Assembly (NCBI GenBank): GCA_963667845.2
Contig: CAXXVL010000002.1
Span: 1,696,001 to 1,760,000, forward strand
Reading direction: 5' to 3'
DNA length: 64,000 nt
Source: Smithellaceae bacterium
GTDB taxonomy: Bacteria; Desulfobacterota; Syntrophia; Syntrophales; Smithellaceae
Below the pieces are notes generated by a model that was not told the origin of the DNA, did not search any database, and saw nothing but the letters and a program-made list of their open reading frames with translations. The position numbers were made by a program, and so were the translations under genes. Numbering within the stretch: the first letter of the stretch is position 1; every line of letters starts with the position of its first letter. Shown here piece by piece: positions 58,733-64,000 of this stretch.

Positions 58733-59950
58733 ATGTTTGAATACACCATTACCCATCAGAATTCCTGCCACTGTGTGGCGGCCAGAGGCCGCATCGACGC
58801 GCTTTCCGCATCGGAACTGCAGGGTGTGTTTCAGCAGCTGATTCTGGAGGGCAGCCGCCTTTTGCTGGCTGAGCTGTCCGGCGTCCACTATATCAGCAGC
58901 GCCGGCCTGCGCGTTTTTATGGTTACGCAAAAAGGGCTGAAAAAAGTGGGAGGAGAAATGCTCCTCTCAGGCCTTACGCCGCAGGTCCTGGATGTTTTCA
59001 AGATGAGCGGCTTCGAAAAGCTCTTTCGCATCGTGCCGGGGCCCGACGCCGCCGGTATCCCGGTGGACGGAAATGTGCAGACCCAACCCGCGCGCCGGAT
59101 CAAGACCGACCAGGTGTCGATAGACCTCATCGAGCAGGCGGCTCCGGCCGGATCGATTTTTCTCATCGGATCGACGGAAAAAATGGAAAAGGCCGCCTAT
59201 GATGAAGCGGACGTTGCGGCGGTACCGGCGTCCCGGATGCGCTCGGGCTGCGGACTTGCGGCGCTCGGGGATTCCTTTGACGATTACCGGAATCTTTTCG
59301 GTGAGGCCATGGTGATTAACGGCAACTTTTTTTACTATCCGGCGGTCCGCCATCCGTCCGTGGATTTCTTGCTTGGCGCTCATTCCGATCCGGGGGTCAC
59401 CTATAAGTTTCTGCACGGGTTCGGGATAAGCGGCGAGTACCGCCACCTCCTGTCATTTAAGAGCGAAAACGGTTCCGTGGATCTGGGCTCGCTCATGAAT
59501 ACGATCCTTACCGTCTCCTCCGCGATGCTCATCGGCGTCACGGTACTTGCCGAAAGCAAAGGCCTCTGGGGGATGAACATCCGGAAACCGCCGGTAGCCG
59601 CTCTGCAATCTTCGCGGCCCGAGAGCATTTTCCAGAGCTGCTCATTCCCCGACTGGTTCGACTTTCCCGTCGAGCCGGCCTATGCGGGTTCGGTTGTGGC
59701 CGCGACGGGCATTGCCGCGGCCAATCCGCAGGCCCTGCCCGGACCGCTCCGGTCGCTCTTTTCCGGGGGCAATACCTTTCATCTCCACGGCGGCATTTTC
59801 GATAAGGCGCCCATCGGAAGCAACGCACAGGATTTTGACAACGAACTTACGCGCATTTTCGATGAACTGGATGTCTTCAAGATTCAGCACCTCCTCGGTC
59901 AATCCCGGTTTTCCACAGGCCTCGCCGGCATCATAGAAATCGAGGTGTAA
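58733..59950 (+). CDS. STAS (anti-anti-sigma) domain protein with large unknown C-terminal domain
   Basis: GRID, YISSAGLR, VFKMSGF; start could be as far upstream as 58652. Confidence 0.85.
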   Translation: MFEYTITHQNSCHCVAARGRIDALSASELQGVFQQLILEGSRLLLAELSGVHYISSAGLRVFMVTQKGLKKVGGEMLLSGLTPQVLDVFKMSGFEKLFRIVPGPDAAGIPVDGNVQTQPARRIKTDQVSIDLIEQAAPAGSIFLIGSTEKMEKAAYDEADVAAVPASRMRSGCGLAALGDSFDDYRNLFGEAMVINGNFFYYPAVRHPSVDFLLGAHSDPGVTYKFLHGFGISGEYRHLLSFKSENGSVDLGSLMNTILTVSSAMLIGVTVLAESKGLWGMNIRKPPVAALQSSRPESIFQSCSFPDWFDFPVEPAYAGSVVAATGIAAANPQALPGPLRSLFSGGNTFHLHGGIFDKAPIGSNAQDFDNELTRIFDELDVFKIQHLLGQSRFSTGLAGIIEIEV

Positions 59951-59951
59951 C

Positions 59952-62771
59952 TTGGAGCTCTGGATCGGCGCCGTCAATCTGGGTTTTTTATACGCCTTTA
60001 TGGCGATGGGCGTGTTCATCACGTTTCGCATTCATGATTTTCCCGATATCACCGTGGACGGCAGCTTCGTTACCGGCGCCGCCGTAACGGCCGTTCTGAT
60101 TGTGGCGGGCGTCAACCCCTGGCTCGCCCTGGCGATGTCGTTTCTCGCGGCGTCGGCCGCCGGCGCCGCCACAGCGTTCATTCATACGCGCTTTCAAATC
60201 GCCGGACTGCTGGCCGGCATCATGGTGATGACGGGGCTGTATTCCGTCAACCTTCACATCATGGGCCGATCCAACATTCCTTTGCTCAATGAGCCGGGTC
60301 TCCTCGCGTCCCTCAAGCACATGAATCCCGGCTTGCCTTACGAAGTATGGCTGTGCCTGATTTTCGGGGCGGCGGTCCTTGTATTCTGGCTTCTGATTTC
60401 CCTGTTTTTCCGGACGGATTTCGGCATCTCCATGCGGGCCACTGGCGACAATCCCAACATGGCGGCCGCTTCCGGCATCAATGTCAACGGCATGAAGATT
60501 TTCGGCATTGCGCTGGCGAACGGTCTGGTCGGCCTGTCCGGAAGTCTTGTTGCCCAGTACCAGGGATTTGCCGACATCGGCATGGGCATCGGCTCCATCG
60601 TCTTCGGCCTGGCGGCCGTCATAATCGGTGAGACGATCCTGCCTTTCAAGTCGATCTGGGCCAAGACGCTCTCCGTTATTATCGGATCGATTGTCTTCCG
60701 CTTCATGGTGGCCCTCGCGCTCTATGTTGGATTGAACCCGATTGATTTGAAGCTGATTACGGCCCTCTTCGTGCTGATCATCCTGATCGGGCCGAAAATG
60801 CTTCATCAGCGATACCTTAAGGCCGGCGCGAAGAGGTCACATCTGCCGTCATTTTTTTCCCGAAAGAAACCGCTGATCGTATTCGGTGTGCTGGCCGTTG
60901 TGGCGCTCTCGGCGATTTTTGGCTACGCGCTTTTCAAGAAAGTGTTTCAGGCCCAAACGCGCCACGTGAGTATCGGCGTGCTGCAGCTGACCGACCACGG
61001 CGTCCTCAACATGACGCGGGACGGCTTTATCCGGGAGCTTCGCCAGCTCGGCTATGAAAATGGAAAGAACGTTACCCTTTATCTGGAAAACGCCAACGGC
61101 GATATGGCCACCGTCAATTCGATCCTGGACAAGTTTATTCACGACCACGTGGATGTGATCGTTCCGATTTCCACCGGCTGCACGCAGGCCGCCGTCAACA
61201 AAATCAAAGATAAACCCGTTGTTTTTGCCACGGTTGCGAACCCGTTCCTCATCGGCACGGGAAAATCCGATACGGACCACCTCCCTAATGTCACCGGGGT
61301 TTACGGGGCGGTGCCGATGGACAAGATGATCGAGCTCGCCACTGCGATTCTGCCCGGAAAGATCAAAGTGGGCTGTCTCTGGGATCCATCGCAGGTCAAC
61401 GCTGTGTTCAATGTCAAACAGCTCATGGCCCAGATCGACAAACACCCCGAGATCACCTTTACGGGGACCACCGTCACCGGTTCATCGGAAGTGCAGCAGG
61501 CGGCGCAGGCGCTCACGCAGCAGGACATCAACGCGTTTGTGCTGGTGACGGACAACATTGTTTTTTCCGCTTTGGAGTCTGTCATCAAGGCGGCTGATGC
61601 CCGGAACATTCCGGTAATCCTGAGTGACGTGGAGCGCCTGCAGGACGGGGCGCTGGCCGCCTGCGGCTATGATTACACCCAGAGCGGCGAGCAGGCAGCG
61701 CGCCTGGTGGACCGTATTCTCAAGGGCGAAAGCCCCGCGCGCATTCCGTTTGAGCGGTATCGGAAGCTGACCATCGGCGTCAATCCCGAGGTCGCCAAAA
61801 AACTCGGCATCCAACTGCCGCAGTCTTTGCTGGCCCGAGCCACGCTGGTCACGGGCGCCCCGAAAAAAGACGCGCGGCCCAAGCGCTTGGTGGTCTTCGT
61901 TTTTTCAGACAACTATTCCCTCGAGGTCAGCGTGCAAGGTATTTTGCAGGAATTGAAGCAAAGCGGCGTCCTCGCGAAGCACCACATGACCGTGGATGTG
62001 AGAAACGCCCAGAACGATTACGGGACCGCGCTGGCGATCGTTCAGGACATTGTCCGGCAGGACTATGACTACATCATCACGGTCTCGACGATGGCGCTGC
62101 AGGTCACGGCCGCCGGCAACCAGAAAATCCCGCACATCTTCGGCACGGTCACCGATCCCTACCGGATGGGGGTCGCAAAGAATGCGGCCAAACACATTCC
62201 GAACATCACGGGCGTTGCGACGTTCCAGCCCGTGGAATCGGCCATGCGGGCGATGCGCGCTATTTTCCCGAAGGCGAAACGCGTGGGGCTGGTCTGGAAT
62301 CCCGCGGAGGCGAATTCGGAAGCCTGTACGCTGAAGGCGCGCGCCGCGGCCCGGAAGTATGGTTTTGAACTGGTGGAAAAAAACGTGACCCGGACGGACG
62401 AAGTGAAAGACGCCGCGCTGGCCGTCATCAATTCCGGCGTCGATCTGTTTTTCTCCTCCGGCGACAACACGGTGATCCTGGCTTCGGCGACCGTGGCGCA
62501 GGTCATGAAGGATCATAACATTCCGTATTTTACCAACGATCCGTCCGATCTGGAGCGAGGTTCTTTCTTTTCGATCGGCGCGGATTATTTTCAGGTCGGT
62601 GTGGAAACGGCAAAAATGGCGGCCCGCGTGTTCGACGGGGAGAAGCCGCAGAATATTCCCATCCGGGAATACGTTCCCGAGGCCATCGGTATTTCGCTCA
62701 CGCTGGCCCGGCGGTATGGTGTGACCATTCCGGACGAGTATCTCAAAAAAGCGGTCGCGGTAAAGAGGTAG
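59952..62771 (+). CDS. ABC permease fused to two substrate-binding domains
   Basis: FPDITVDGSF permease, RATGDN; two domains with PNVTGV / PNITGV. Confidence 0.9.
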   Translation: MELWIGAVNLGFLYAFMAMGVFITFRIHDFPDITVDGSFVTGAAVTAVLIVAGVNPWLALAMSFLAASAAGAATAFIHTRFQIAGLLAGIMVMTGLYSVNLHIMGRSNIPLLNEPGLLASLKHMNPGLPYEVWLCLIFGAAVLVFWLLISLFFRTDFGISMRATGDNPNMAAASGINVNGMKIFGIALANGLVGLSGSLVAQYQGFADIGMGIGSIVFGLAAVIIGETILPFKSIWAKTLSVIIGSIVFRFMVALALYVGLNPIDLKLITALFVLIILIGPKMLHQRYLKAGAKRSHLPSFFSRKKPLIVFGVLAVVALSAIFGYALFKKVFQAQTRHVSIGVLQLTDHGVLNMTRDGFIRELRQLGYENGKNVTLYLENANGDMATVNSILDKFIHDHVDVIVPISTGCTQAAVNKIKDKPVVFATVANPFLIGTGKSDTDHLPNVTGVYGAVPMDKMIELATAILPGKIKVGCLWDPSQVNAVFNVKQLMAQIDKHPEITFTGTTVTGSSEVQQAAQALTQQDINAFVLVTDNIVFSALESVIKAADARNIPVILSDVERLQDGALAACGYDYTQSGEQAARLVDRILKGESPARIPFERYRKLTIGVNPEVAKKLGIQLPQSLLARATLVTGAPKKDARPKRLVVFVFSDNYSLEVSVQGILQELKQSGVLAKHHMTVDVRNAQNDYGTALAIVQDIVRQDYDYIITVSTMALQVTAAGNQKIPHIFGTVTDPYRMGVAKNAAKHIPNITGVATFQPVESAMRAMRAIFPKAKRVGLVWNPAEANSEACTLKARAAARKYGFELVEKNVTRTDEVKDAALAVINSGVDLFFSSGDNTVILASATVAQVMKDHNIPYFTNDPSDLERGSFFSIGADYFQVGVETAKMAARVFDGEKPQNIPIREYVPEAIGISLTLARRYGVTIPDEYLKKAVAVKR

Positions 62772-62773
62772 CC

Positions 62774-63586
62774 ATGATTCGGTTATGCGACATTCATAAA
62801 AAATTCAATGCCGGAACGCAGAACGAAGTATATGCGCTCCGGGGCATTAACCTCACGATCCGTCCGGGTGAATTTGTCACCATCATCGGCACCAACGGTT
62901 CGGGGAAATCCACGCTGCTCAATTTGCTGGCCGGTTCCATTGCACCCGATGCCGGGAGCGTATTCATCAAGGGCCAAGACGTCACGCGGCAGAAGGATCA
63001 TCAGCGGGCGCGGGTTATTGCGCGGGTGTTCCAGAATCCGTTTATGGGAACCGCTCCGGGCATGACCATTGCGGAGAACCTGCTCATCGCCTCGCTCCGG
63101 GGCCTCACGCATCATCTGCGGATGGGGCTTTCCGCCAAACGGCTTGCCCAGTTCCGCGAACAGGTCGCGGGGCTCGAGATGCAGCTCGAAGACCGCCTGG
63201 ACAACATCATCGGATCCCTTTCCGGCGGACAGCGCCAGGCTGTGAGCCTTTTGATGGCCGTCATCCGCAAACCCGACGTGCTGCTCCTTGATGAACATAC
63301 CGCGGCGCTCGATCCCAAATCGGCCGCGCAGATCATCTCGCTGACGCGGGCCTTTGTGGAGAGAGAAAACCTGACCACCTTCATGGTGACCCACAGCATG
63401 CAGCAGGCCCTGGACCTGGGGCACCGGACCCTGATGATGCACAAGGGGCAGATCATCGACGATATCCCCGAAGCGGAAAGAAAGCGGCTCACCGTGGATG
63501 ATCTTCTGGACAAGTTCGGCGAGCTGCGCAAGGCGGAAAAACTGACCGATGAAATCGTGGAACAGCTCCGGAAAGAATACCTGTAG
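62774..63586 (+). CDS. ABC transporter ATP-binding protein
   Basis: GTNGSGKS, LSGGQRQ, LLDEHTAALDP. Confidence 0.95.
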   Translation: MIRLCDIHKKFNAGTQNEVYALRGINLTIRPGEFVTIIGTNGSGKSTLLNLLAGSIAPDAGSVFIKGQDVTRQKDHQRARVIARVFQNPFMGTAPGMTIAENLLIASLRGLTHHLRMGLSAKRLAQFREQVAGLEMQLEDRLDNIIGSLSGGQRQAVSLLMAVIRKPDVLLLDEHTAALDPKSAAQIISLTRAFVERENLTTFMVTHSMQQALDLGHRTLMMHKGQIIDDIPEAERKRLTVDDLLDKFGELRKAEKLTDEIVEQLRKEYL

Positions 63587-63764
63587 ACGCTTATTTTCCC
63601 CCCGACAAAAATATTTGACTCCCGCAGGCTATATGATATAGCAGCCGTCAACCCGAAACAGAAGAAATGAACCCGTGAAGTAATGCCTTCAAGAAAAGGC
63701 ATTACTTTATCGGGAAAATATTTCCGGAAGGTTCGGATATTTTCTATGGCGGAGAGAAAAGAGT

Positions 63765-64000
63765 ATGACAACACCCATTCAGCAAAAAATCAGAGACAAG
63801 AAGCGGACGGCAAAACAGATAGCTGATATGGTCCAATCGGGCGACTGGATCAATCACGGAGCGGTCGGCGGCGACTCCACGGTCTGTACCGAGGCGGTAG
63901 CCTCGCGGCTGGGCCCCGGCCCGGGCGATCTCAAAGATATCGAGTTTTGGCTTCACGGCAATTTCTATCCGCATCCGGAATTGCAGCAGATCGATCCGTG
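63765..64000 (+). CDS. N-terminus of acetyl-CoA hydrolase/CoA-transferase family protein (partial)
   Basis: MTTPIQQKIRDKKRTAKQIADMVQSGDWI; frame stays open to the window end. Confidence 0.65.
   Translation, partial: MTTPIQQKIRDKKRTAKQIADMVQSGDWINHGAVGGDSTVCTEAVASRLGPGPGDLKDIEFWLHGNFYPHPELQQIDP

Overview
64 kb of an anaerobic bacterial chromosome. Gene content (beta-oxidation operon, CoA ligases and transferase, a CCG/Fe-S protein, a multiheme cytochrome, a sigma-54 promoter) suggests a syntrophic deltaproteobacterium such as Smithella/Syntrophus; this is an inference. Highlights: (1) A two-gene operon at 35546-38552 in which both genes appear split by an in-frame TGA followed by a SECIS-like hairpin, giving an exported 11-heme cytochrome c with Sec61 and an exported four-domain rhodanese with Sec276 at the catalytic position. 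The ORF track shows these as four fragments. (2) An AT-rich integron cassette array at 38.7-43.3 kb with six cassettes, five attC sites, a probable attI and only the 5' stub of the integrase. (3) Six copies of a ~99 bp palindromic intergenic element, plus several other MITE/REP-like elements. (4) Unusual protein architectures: a circularly permuted ABC substrate-binding protein, an ABC ATPase with an extra C-terminal domain, alanine racemase with a ~270 aa extension, a permease fused to two binding domains, and a Cys-rich domain joined to a histone-H1-like tail. No rRNA, tRNA or CRISPR array was recognised. All family assignments come from motifs read by eye, not from database searches.
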